This document shows, one piece after another, positions 1 through 7,482 of a DNA stretch of 13,080 bases. This DNA comes from Chthoniobacteraceae bacterium (GTDB lineage: Bacteria; Verrucomicrobiota; Verrucomicrobiia; Chthoniobacterales; Chthoniobacteraceae). The DNA lies in NCBI GenBank assembly GCA_031409335.1, contig JANNWY010000013.1:1-13080 (forward strand). Direction: 5' to 3'. Below the pieces are notes generated by a model that worked only from the letters and a program-made list of their open reading frames with translations, did no database searches and was not told the origin of the DNA. The position numbers and the translations under genes were made by a program. Each line of letters begins with the position of its first letter. The stretch's first letter is position 1.

Positions 1-83
1 TTTCCCGCTCGCCGCTGGAGCGGCCAGCCACAGTGCGAAATCCCATTGCGCATCTCACGCTAAAACCCGCATCGTCTTCCACC

Positions 84-965
84 ATGCAGCTCATCGACGG
101 CAAAGCCATCGCCCAAAAATCCAGCGACGAATCGCGCGCCGCCGTGGCCGAATTGCGCGCGCGCGGATTCACGCCGGGCCTCGCCGTGGTGCTGATCGGC
201 GAAGACCCCGCATCAGTCGCGTATGTGCGTTCCAAAGACAGGAAATGCCACGAACTCGGGATGCATTCGGTGAAACACGAACTGCCCGCCGCGACTTCGC
301 AGGCGGATGTGGTCGCGCTCGTGCGGCAGCTCAACGCCGACCCCGCGATCCACGGCATCCTCGTCCAATCCCCGCCGCCGCCGCACATCGACGAACGCGC
401 CGTCATCGACGCCATCGATCCGCGCAAGGATGTGGACGGTTTTCATCCCGTGAATGTCGCCAAGCTCGTGCTCGGCGATGCGGATGGCTTCGTCCCCTGC
501 ACGCCGCTTGGCTGTCAGCGGCTGCTGATCGAGGCAGGCATCGCGACGCGCGGCGCAAATGTCGTCGTGCTCGGGCGCTCGATGATCGTGGGAAAACCGA
601 TGGCGCTTTTACTCATGAACAAAGGCCCCGGCGGCGATGCCACCGTGACCGTCGCCCACTCGCGCACGCGAAATCTCGCGGCGGTTTGCCGCGCCGCGGA
701 CATTCTCATCGCGGCGATCGGGCAGCCAGAGTTCGTGAAAGCGGACATGGTGCGCGAGGGCGCGGTCGTGATCGACGTCGGCATCAATCGCGTGCCCGAT
801 CCCGCTTCACCAAAAGGCTCAAAGCTCGTCGGCGACGTCGCCTTTCACGAAGTCTCGCCAAAATGCCGCGCGATCACGCCCGTGCCCGGCGGCGTAGGCC
901 CGATGACGATCGCGATGCTCATCGCGAATACCATCACCTCCTGCCGGCGGTGGTCGGGCGGCTAA
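84..965 (+). CDS. folD: Bifunctional 5,10-methylene-THF dehydrogenase / methenyl-THF cyclohydrolase
   Basis: Diagnostic motifs: LIDGKAIA N-terminus, [19 protein letters not shown] (YxxxK), [43 protein letters not shown]. The ATG at 84 matches the typical FolD start better than the GTG at 33. Confidence 0.97.
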   Translation: MQLIDGKAIAQKSSDESRAAVAELRARGFTPGLAVVLIGEDPASVAYVRSKDRKCHELGMHSVKHELPAATSQADVVALVRQLNADPAIHGILVQSPPPPHIDERAVIDAIDPRKDVDGFHPVNVAKLVLGDADGFVPCTPLGCQRLLIEAGIATRGANVVVLGRSMIVGKPMALLLMNKGPGGDATVTVAHSRTRNLAAVCRAADILIAAIGQPEFVKADMVREGAVVIDVGINRVPDPASPKGSKLVGDVAFHEVSPKCRAITPVPGGVGPMTIAMLIANTITSCRRWSGG

Positions 966-978
966 ACTGCGCGCTGAG

Positions 979-1611
979 ATGGCGCGATCCCTCGTCGTCC
1001 CCGGCACGCGGACGCAGCGCACCACGTGGCTGCGGAAGCGGTTTGCGGAGCACAATCGTCTCGTCGTGCTCATCGCCGCTCTCACGCTGCTCGTCACCGC
1101 GGGGATTTGGTGCCTGCTTTTCGCCCTGCTCTACTGGCTCGCTTTCCTCTTCGCGAGCGTCGTGCGCGGCGCGGATGCGCGCCCGCCGGATGCGCTGCCC
1201 GCCCTCTTCATCTACAGTGCCGGCGTGCTCCTGCTGATCGCCTGGTGCGCCCGAAAGCGTTTCGCGAACGAGATGCCGAGGGACGAAAAATCGCCGTGGG
1301 AAATCGCCACCGAATTTCTGCTCGCCATCCCGCGCGCGACGTTCGCTGTGTGGGGAAATCTTTCCGCGTGGCAGCGACTCGATGCGCGGGAATTGGAACT
1401 TGCCGCCGATTTGATCGAACAGATCGTCGAAGAGGGCAGGATACCGCTCCAGCAAGTCCCGCTGCACATCCCCGATCCGGGGGATCAAATGCGAATCCTG
1501 CTCGCATTGCAGCTCGTGGAAGTGATCGAGATGCTCCGCAGCGACGAAACGACCTGGCTCTCGGTCGGGGCGAAAGCGAAGACTGCGCTGGAAGGATCGA
1601 GGACGACCTAA
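979..1611 (+). CDS. Hypothetical membrane protein (2 predicted TM helices plus soluble C-terminal domain)
   Basis: 210-aa ORF starting 13 nt after the folD stop. Hydrophobic segments LVVLIAALTLLVTAGIWCLLFALLYWLAFLFASVV and ALPALFIYSAGVLLLIAWCA; protein-like composition. Confidence 0.8.
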   Translation: MARSLVVPGTRTQRTTWLRKRFAEHNRLVVLIAALTLLVTAGIWCLLFALLYWLAFLFASVVRGADARPPDALPALFIYSAGVLLLIAWCARKRFANEMPRDEKSPWEIATEFLLAIPRATFAVWGNLSAWQRLDARELELAADLIEQIVEEGRIPLQQVPLHIPDPGDQMRILLALQLVEVIEMLRSDETTWLSVGAKAKTALEGSRTT

Positions 1612-1804
1612 AAACTCTGCCCACGCCTCCACGCCGGTTTGCAGCACGCAAAGCGCTTTAACAAAAACACTTGCGAATCACCGATCCCGTCAGAAACGGC
1701 CGCGATTCAGCCGCGCACCCCGCACCGGAAAATAGGTCAAAAAAATCTGCATTCTGGTATGGACAACGCTTTTATCTTCGGCAACTATCCACTCAATTCC
1801 TCTT

Positions 1805-2011
1805 ATGAAATCCAAACGTCTCTTCCTATTCTCGCTCGCAATCATCGTCGGACTCGGTGGCGCTGCCGCCACTGCCGTGGCACAGAGTGGTGACTCGATC
1901 GTCACGCTTTGCTACCGGGGCCGGACCATCAAGGTTCCGAATTACCTAGTGCCGCGCTACTTGGCACGGTCGGGTACTACCAACGGAGCCTGCGTAGTGA
2001 CCCCTCCCTAA
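1805..2011 (+). CDS. Small secreted protein with signal peptide and a Cys-pair mini-domain
   Basis: 68 aa. Basic n-region MKSKR, hydrophobic h-region, AVA|Q SPase I-like site, mature part VTLCYRGRTIKV...YLARSGTTNGAC. Preceded by an AT-richer intergenic region and followed by a terminator. Confidence 0.8.
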   Translation: MKSKRLFLFSLAIIVGLGGAAATAVAQSGDSIVTLCYRGRTIKVPNYLVPRYLARSGTTNGACVVTPP

Positions 2012-2043
2012 CCGAAATCGACGGCTCGAAAAAAACAGCTTTG

Positions 2044-2078
2044 AAAAGTCCCGGGCGCTAAAGCGCTCGGGACTTTTT
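2044..2078 (+). terminator. Rho-independent terminator, possibly bidirectional
   Basis: AAAAGTCCCGGGCGC-TAAA-GCGCTCGGGACTTTTT: GC-rich stem with one G.U pair, 4-nt loop, T-tract 3' and A-tract 5'; 32 nt after the stop of 1805..2011. Confidence 0.85.
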
Positions 2079-2101
2079 GTTGTCTCCGGTTCGTATTCCC
2101 G

Positions 2102-4018
2102 ATGAACGTCCCCGTCCAAGCCCTCGCGCTGCTTGGCACCATCGCCATTGCCCTGCTGATTTCAGGGCTTCGTCCAGTCTGGCTGATCCCCGCCTATGGC
2201 GTGCTCGCCCTCGCCGCGCTGGGCGGCTGGCTTCCCGCGCGCCGCGCCGCACTTTCCGTGCGGGCCGTGCCCTGCCTCGTCGCGAGCGCCTTTTTTTTCG
2301 GATACATCCTCTGCCGCACCGTTTTTTCACCCGTCGAATACATCGCGCGTCCCGACCTCTTCATGGTGCTCGGCGGCTTGATTCTCTACCTCGTCACCGC
2401 CCTGTGCGCCACGTCCCCGACCTCGCGCCTCGTCTTCATCTCCGCCTTCCTCCTGCTCGCCTGCGCGCAGGTGATCGTCGGCGCGATTCAGTTCACCAAG
2501 GGCGGCAACTTCATGCCCTTCGATTTTCTCCCGCGCGCCGACTACGGGGCGCGCGCCAGTGGATTCTACGGCTGCCCGAATCATCTCGCCGGCTTCCTCG
2601 AAGTCATCCTGCTCATGTCCCTCAGCCTCATCTTCTGGAGCCGCTGGCGCTTGATGGGAAAAATCCTCGCGGGATACGTGGCGCTCACCTGCGCCGCGGG
2701 CCTGCTGATGAGCGGCAGCCGCGGCGGATACGCCAGCGCGGTCGCCGGCCTTTTCGTTTTCGCCGTCATCAGCCTGCGGCTCGCGCGCCAGTGGCTGCGG
2801 CGCGACATCTGGCTGCTCCTCGTCACGAGCCTTGTTTTCGCCACCATCGGCCTGGCCGGCACCGCTTATTTTGCCATCCAGAGTAGCGATGTTCTGGCGA
2901 TGCGCGTGCAGGACGCGGGCACCGATGCACCACTCCGCTTTGCGCTGTGGCGGGCCGCGCTCAAACAGTTCTGCGTCAGCCCGGTCGTCGGCACGGGCAG
3001 CGGCACCTACCTGTATTTTGGCCGCCTATTTCGCGAAGCGACGGTGCAGCAGGACCCGGTTTATGCGCACAGCGACTGGCTTCAGTTGCTCGGGGAATTC
3101 GGCCTCGCGGGCTTTGCGGGGCTCGCGCTTTTCCTCATCGCGCACCTGCGCAGCGGGTGGAAATTCATCGCCGAAGTCATCGCCGGGCGCACCGAGGATG
3201 CGGATCGCGAGGCACCCGGATTTCACGGGAACAACTCCCTCGCCCTCACCGTCGGCGCGCTCTGCAGCGTGGTCGCCTGCCTGGTCCACTCCATCGGCGA
3301 CTTCAATCTCCACATCCCGCCGAACACCCTCGTCATGGCCTTCCTGTTCGGATCGCTGGCGAATCCCTTCAGCGTGCTGAACCACGATCCCAAAGCGGGT
3401 ACGGACCGGGCTCGGAAATTTCTCCGCGGCGCCCCCTTCGCCCTGCCCGCGCTCGGACTCTGGCTTGCCTGCGCGGCGCTGCCGAAATGGACCGCCGAAA
3501 ATTTCGCCGCCCAGTCGAACGTCCTCCTGTCCGACTGGCGTTCTTTGGAAGACCCCGCGGTCGCGAACCGGGCTGCGGAGCTGGCGCGGCAGGGTCTCCT
3601 GCGCGATCCGAAAAACCTCGAACTCCATTTCTGCCTCGCCGACAGCACCACCGCCCTCGCGGAAATGGCGGAGGAACCCGCGGCTCGCGAGCAGCACTGG
3701 AAGCAGACCATCGAAGCCAGCCAGCGCGGCCTGGAAATCGCCCCGCGCGAAGTGCGTTTCGTCCTCATGCTCGCGCACGCCTTCGATGCGCTCGGGCAGT
3801 TTGAAAAATCCGGCCCACTCTTCCAGCGTGCTCTCGAACTCGATCCGAACGGCGGCAGTGTGCTCATGGATTACGGCGCGCATCTGCATCGCCTCGGGAA
3901 ATTCGACGAAGCCGAAATCTGGTACCGAAAGGCGATTGGCTGCGGCTTCGGCGACACTGCGGGACTCAACATCCAGCGCCTCGACGAAGACCGCAAAGCC
4001 GCCGCTAAGGCTCCGTAA
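2102..4018 (+). CDS. O-antigen ligase (Wzy_C) / O-oligosaccharyltransferase-like polytopic membrane protein with C-terminal TPRs
   Basis: Many TM segments. Family motifs RASGFYGCPNHLAGFL, SGSRGG, RFALWRAALKQF..PVVGTGSGTY, AHSDWLQLLGEFG, HSIGDFNLHIPPN. TPR-like C-terminus (FQRALELDPN..YGAHLHRLGKFDEAEIWYRKAI). Confidence 0.88.
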   Translation: MNVPVQALALLGTIAIALLISGLRPVWLIPAYGVLALAALGGWLPARRAALSVRAVPCLVASAFFFGYILCRTVFSPVEYIARPDLFMVLGGLILYLVTALCATSPTSRLVFISAFLLLACAQVIVGAIQFTKGGNFMPFDFLPRADYGARASGFYGCPNHLAGFLEVILLMSLSLIFWSRWRLMGKILAGYVALTCAAGLLMSGSRGGYASAVAGLFVFAVISLRLARQWLRRDIWLLLVTSLVFATIGLAGTAYFAIQSSDVLAMRVQDAGTDAPLRFALWRAALKQFCVSPVVGTGSGTYLYFGRLFREATVQQDPVYAHSDWLQLLGEFGLAGFAGLALFLIAHLRSGWKFIAEVIAGRTEDADREAPGFHGNNSLALTVGALCSVVACLVHSIGDFNLHIPPNTLVMAFLFGSLANPFSVLNHDPKAGTDRARKFLRGAPFALPALGLWLACAALPKWTAENFAAQSNVLLSDWRSLEDPAVANRAAELARQGLLRDPKNLELHFCLADSTTALAEMAEEPAAREQHWKQTIEASQRGLEIAPREVRFVLMLAHAFDALGQFEKSGPLFQRALELDPNGGSVLMDYGAHLHRLGKFDEAEIWYRKAIGCGFGDTAGLNIQRLDEDRKAAAKAP

Positions 4019-4796
4019 ATTTCACCGACTGCATCTCTGTCCACACACTCCCGACGGAAACCTCCGCCTGAATCTTCAGCAGCAGCCGGTCGCGATCGTC
4101 GGAAATCCACGCTGTCGCGCGTTTGAATTTCGCGTGTTTTTCCAGCTCCATCTTCTTCGTGATCCTGCGCAGCTTCAAATCCAGCTTCACCGCGTCGTAA
4201 CTTTTCTTCCCCACTTCGATTTTCTCGCGTCCCACCACTTTGGCCTCCGCCAGATACGGGTCCGTCGCCGGATACACCACCAGCCGCACCATGTCGCCTT
4301 TTTGCAAAGGCTGACTGCGCACGAAAAGCAGCGCGCCGTATAATTCGAACACGGCGGGAAATTTGAAGCGCTTGGTCTTTGGCGGATTTTTGTCCGGCGG
4401 ATCACTCACGCGCAGCCGCGACACGCCTTCCGCGTCAAAGCCCAGTGTCGTCGTCAGCGTCTCCTTTTTGTAAACTTCCGTCTGCACCGAACTCACCGGT
4501 CGCAGCGTCGTCGGCTCGTAAAGCCCGGTGTGCGTCGCATCCATCGACCACAGTTTGCGCACAAATCCATCCGTCCGCGTCTTCACTTCGAGTTTCAGCA
4601 ATCCCTCCTTCGTCCTGCTGTAATCGAAATCCGCCACCGCCGCGTCGAACTTTGACCAGCCAAAGCGATACGTCGCGTGCAGCAGCCGCATCGGCGGGAC
4701 GGCGCCCAAAACGGGCGGCGTCAGCTTCGCCTGCCAGTCCTCGCCGCGCGCCGCGCTCGTCCAGCACAGCAGCACGATCGCGATTGCGCGTTTCAT
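4005..4796 (-). CDS. Secreted DUF3108-like beta-rich protein
   Basis: The ATG at 4796 overlaps the batE stop (ATGA) and gives signal peptide MKRAIAIVLLCWTSAARG. ATYRFGWS..AA near the N-terminus, VVGREKIEV and AWISDDRDRLLLKIQAEVSVGSV at the C-terminus resemble DUF3108 proteins. Confidence 0.75.
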   Translation of the reverse strand: MKRAIAIVLLCWTSAARGEDWQAKLTPPVLGAVPPMRLLHATYRFGWSKFDAAVADFDYSRTKEGLLKLEVKTRTDGFVRKLWSMDATHTGLYEPTTLRPVSSVQTEVYKKETLTTTLGFDAEGVSRLRVSDPPDKNPPKTKRFKFPAVFELYGALLFVRSQPLQKGDMVRLVVYPATDPYLAEAKVVGREKIEVGKKSYDAVKLDLKLRRITKKMELEKHAKFKRATAWISDDRDRLLLKIQAEVSVGSVWTEMQSVKFTEP

Positions 4797-5659
4797 GATT
4801 TTTTCAGCCGCACTTTCTCCAAATTTTGTTCCGCGATCCATCCGCGCCCGCCGCCCGGCAGCACGCAATAAATCCACTCGCCGCGCTCACTCAGCACCCG
4901 CACACGACTGCCTTCCGGCAAAGGTTCCGCCAGCGCCGCGCGATCCGCCGGCGCGAGTTTCGCGGACGTTTCCTTTCCCGTGACAATCGCGATCGCACTC
5001 TCCCGCTCCGCGCGCCAAACGCCGACGCCCGCATACATCGCGAGCAAAATTGCCACCGTGGCCCATCCGAAAAAACGCCGTCCGATCAAGGCAAAGATGC
5101 CGGCCCAAAACGCCGCCACCGCGACGATCGCAAACACATCGCCCGCCATCGCCGGATACGCATATTCCCACCAGCGCAGCGGCGCGAGTTTCGCGCCGGT
5201 CTGTTCGCGCACCCATTTCAAATTCGCCCGCGCCTCCGCGTGCGCGCTGTCGAGCGCCAGCGCGCGCTCGTAGTTCAGCGCCGCTTTGCCCGGCGCGCTG
5301 ACGCGATACGCCGCGTTGCCGAGATTGTAGAAAAGATTCGCGCTCCACTCACCCCGGCCCACGACCCGTTCGTAGCTCTGCTTCGCAACGCCAAATTTTC
5401 CCGCGTCGTAAAGCTGGTTCGCCTCATCGAAATCGCCCGCGCGCACAAACCCTGTCAGTATAAGAAAAAGCGCGAGCGCAAACTCCGGGTAGCACGCTCG
5501 TCCCGAGCGTTGGCGAAGGCGTCCCGCCTGCGTGGACTTCCCAAACGCATGGTCTCGGATTTCGTTCGCGAATTCCGCGGTGACACGGCACGGAAGTTCG
5601 TTTCGGCGGGACGCCGAAACCATCGCTCGGGACGAGCATGCTACCCGGAATCTCTGCAT
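4793..5659 (-). CDS. batE: BatE-like protein (TPR + TM + SH3-like domain) with a 56-aa palindrome-derived insertion in the signal peptide
   Basis: FDEANQLYDAGKF..A..YE, SANLFYNLGNAAYR, GKAALNYERALALD, ARANL, two TM segments and SH3-like LPEGSRVRVLSERGEWIYC..GRGWI. Lies after batD. Start is 5659 (7 nt after the batD stop) or 5680. Confidence 0.85.
   Translation of the reverse strand: MQRFRVACSSRAMVSASRRNELPCRVTAEFANEIRDHAFGKSTQAGRLRQRSGRACYPEFALALFLILTGFVRAGDFDEANQLYDAGKFGVAKQSYERVVGRGEWSANLFYNLGNAAYRVSAPGKAALNYERALALDSAHAEARANLKWVREQTGAKLAPLRWWEYAYPAMAGDVFAIVAVAAFWAGIFALIGRRFFGWATVAILLAMYAGVGVWRAERESAIAIVTGKETSAKLAPADRAALAEPLPEGSRVRVLSERGEWIYCVLPGGGRGWIAEQNLEKVRLKKS
5484..5649. repeat. GTAG-type REP doublet (REPIN-like palindromic element), 166 bp
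   Basis: 58-bp imperfect inverted arms at 5484-5541 and 5592-5649. The outer 26 bp match 25/26 (TCCGGGTAGCA[C/T]GCTCGTCCCGAGCG). Each arm has GTAG followed by a short hairpin (GCTCG-TCC-CGAGC) and a second hairpin around GGCG-TCC-CGCC. Confidence 0.88.
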
Positions 5660-5666
5660 CTCGCGG

Positions 5667-7475
5667 CTAGCGGCTCGCATATCGCTCCAGCGCCGTCAGC
5701 GCCCGATCTTTTTCCTCATCCGAAACCCGCCCGTCACTCCTCGCCGATCCTGCGTAGAGAAGCTCCGCGCGTTTGCTGAAAATCTCCTCGATTCCCGCCG
5801 CCGTTTCCTCATCCAGTTTCCGCGAAGCCCGCGCCGTCTGCGCATCCACGCTCGCATCGGACCGGCCCGTCGCCAGCGCGGTCTCGACTTGCACGAGCCG
5901 CGCGGCGATTTGGAAAAACTGCGCGTGATCCGTCTCGCTGCGCACTTTCCGTCGCAGTTCATCGCGCTCACGTTTCAGCGCCGCAGCGCGCTTCGCCGTT
6001 TCGTCTTTGCGCAAAAACCGCGCGCCGAGCAACCCGATCAGCGCGACGAGCGGCACGCCCTGCGCGATCCAAAACGCGCGTGAACGATACATCGGCTCAA
6101 AGGAATTCCGCGCAGCCCCGAACTCATATTTCAGCCCCACGATATCCTTCACTTCCTCCTTCGCCGGAGCGGGCGCGGGCAGCGGCTCCGGTTCGGGATT
6201 CGTCTTCGCGACTGACACGGGCGCGGGCAGCGGCAGTGCGCCGCCTTCCACTTTCAATGGTGCGGGATCGCTCGTCAGCATCACGTATTTTTCCGCCTCG
6301 GCATCGAAGTACGAAAACCGCACCTGCGGCATCCGCGTCTTCGTTTCCTCCGGCACCACCGCCATCTCAAATGTCTTCGTCCCGCTGGTGGAAAGTTCGT
6401 CGCCCGGAATGAAATTGCTGCTCGGTTCGTAAGGATGCCAGCCCTTCCGATCCACCAGTTCCGGCGCATTCACGCGATCGAAATTCCCCGACCCGGACAC
6501 CTGCATTTTCAGCGTCACCGGATCGCCCACTTTCACCTGCTTCGGGTTGCCCTCGACGGAGAGCTGGAATTTTCCCACCGCGCCGGAAAAATCCGCGGGC
6601 CGCCCGGCAGCCGGCAGGGGCTTCACATCGAGTTCCACCGGCTCCGCAGTCACCTTGCGGCGTTCCATTTGCCCGAAGACTCCGAATGGCTCGTCAAAAA
6701 AACCGTCATCGAAAAGATCGAACGGCGTCCGTGGCCGCGCCTTTTTCGCGCGGGGGATCGAAGCGACGAACGGCAGCTCCATCGGCCCGAGCACTACTTT
6801 GCCAGCTTTGCTCGGCGAGATCGTCGTGCGGAATGACAGCACGTCGTAGTCGCGCCCGTCCTTGCGAAGCACGTCCTCGCGCGGTCGCGGAAATTTCACT
6901 TTCGTAAATCCCTCGCCTTCGAGCACCGGCATTTCCTCGATGCGCCAGCGGATGCGTTTGTCCACGAACAGCCGCACCGTGACGGGCACCGACTCGCCGA
7001 CATAGACCGTCTTGCGCGGCACTTCGATCTCGCCAAACGCCACCGGATTCTCCCCCGCGGGCCGTTGCGCTCCCGGCGCGGGTGCTTCGACCCGGAGTTG
7101 CAGCGGGTCGGTTTTCAGCATCCCTGCGTCCGTCTTGATCTCGATCGCGGGAATGACGAACGCCCCTGCCGTGTTTCCCAACACCGTGTAGGTCAGCTTC
7201 ACGCTGCGATCCACGCGTCCGTTGGTGATTTGCGTGCGCTGCTGGTGGCTGGTGTAGCGGATGTCGAGGCCTTCGGCTGACACCGCTTCCGGCGGGTTCA
7301 GTTGTTGCACGCCCGAGACTTCGATCGTCAGCGCGATCGCGTCGCCGGGTGCCATCGTCGTCTGGGAAAGGGTCGCGGTTGCCTTGGTTTCCGCGCGCGT
7401 CGCCGGGCAAAAAATGCCCAGCCAGGTGGCGATCAAAACGACGAGCGTGCGCGGAATTCGGAGTGTCGAAATCAT
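5667..7475 (-). CDS. batD: BatD family protein
   Basis: Signal-like N-terminus, Ig-like repeats (TQITNGRV..SVKLTY, GAFVIPAIEI, VYVGESVPVTV), VKPLPAAGRPADFSGAVGKF, VKVGDPVTLKMQVSGSGNF, FSYFDAEAEKY, late TM helix. ATG at 7475 lies 7 nt after the upstream stop. Confidence 0.92.
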   Translation of the reverse strand: MISTLRIPRTLVVLIATWLGIFCPATRAETKATATLSQTTMAPGDAIALTIEVSGVQQLNPPEAVSAEGLDIRYTSHQQRTQITNGRVDRSVKLTYTVLGNTAGAFVIPAIEIKTDAGMLKTDPLQLRVEAPAPGAQRPAGENPVAFGEIEVPRKTVYVGESVPVTVRLFVDKRIRWRIEEMPVLEGEGFTKVKFPRPREDVLRKDGRDYDVLSFRTTISPSKAGKVVLGPMELPFVASIPRAKKARPRTPFDLFDDGFFDEPFGVFGQMERRKVTAEPVELDVKPLPAAGRPADFSGAVGKFQLSVEGNPKQVKVGDPVTLKMQVSGSGNFDRVNAPELVDRKGWHPYEPSSNFIPGDELSTSGTKTFEMAVVPEETKTRMPQVRFSYFDAEAEKYVMLTSDPAPLKVEGGALPLPAPVSVAKTNPEPEPLPAPAPAKEEVKDIVGLKYEFGAARNSFEPMYRSRAFWIAQGVPLVALIGLLGARFLRKDETAKRAAALKRERDELRRKVRSETDHAQFFQIAARLVQVETALATGRSDASVDAQTARASRKLDEETAAGIEEIFSKRAELLYAGSARSDGRVSDEEKDRALTALERYASR

Positions 7476-7482
7476 GCGGAAA

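Noticed and set aside
33..83. N-terminal extension of FolD from GTG 33
   Set aside because: FolD homology begins at MQLIDGK (ATG 84).
1660..1804. Specific sigma70 promoter or ncRNA upstream of the small secreted gene
   Set aside because: The region is AT-richer and probably contains a promoter, but I found no convincing -35/-10 pair or stable RNA structure.
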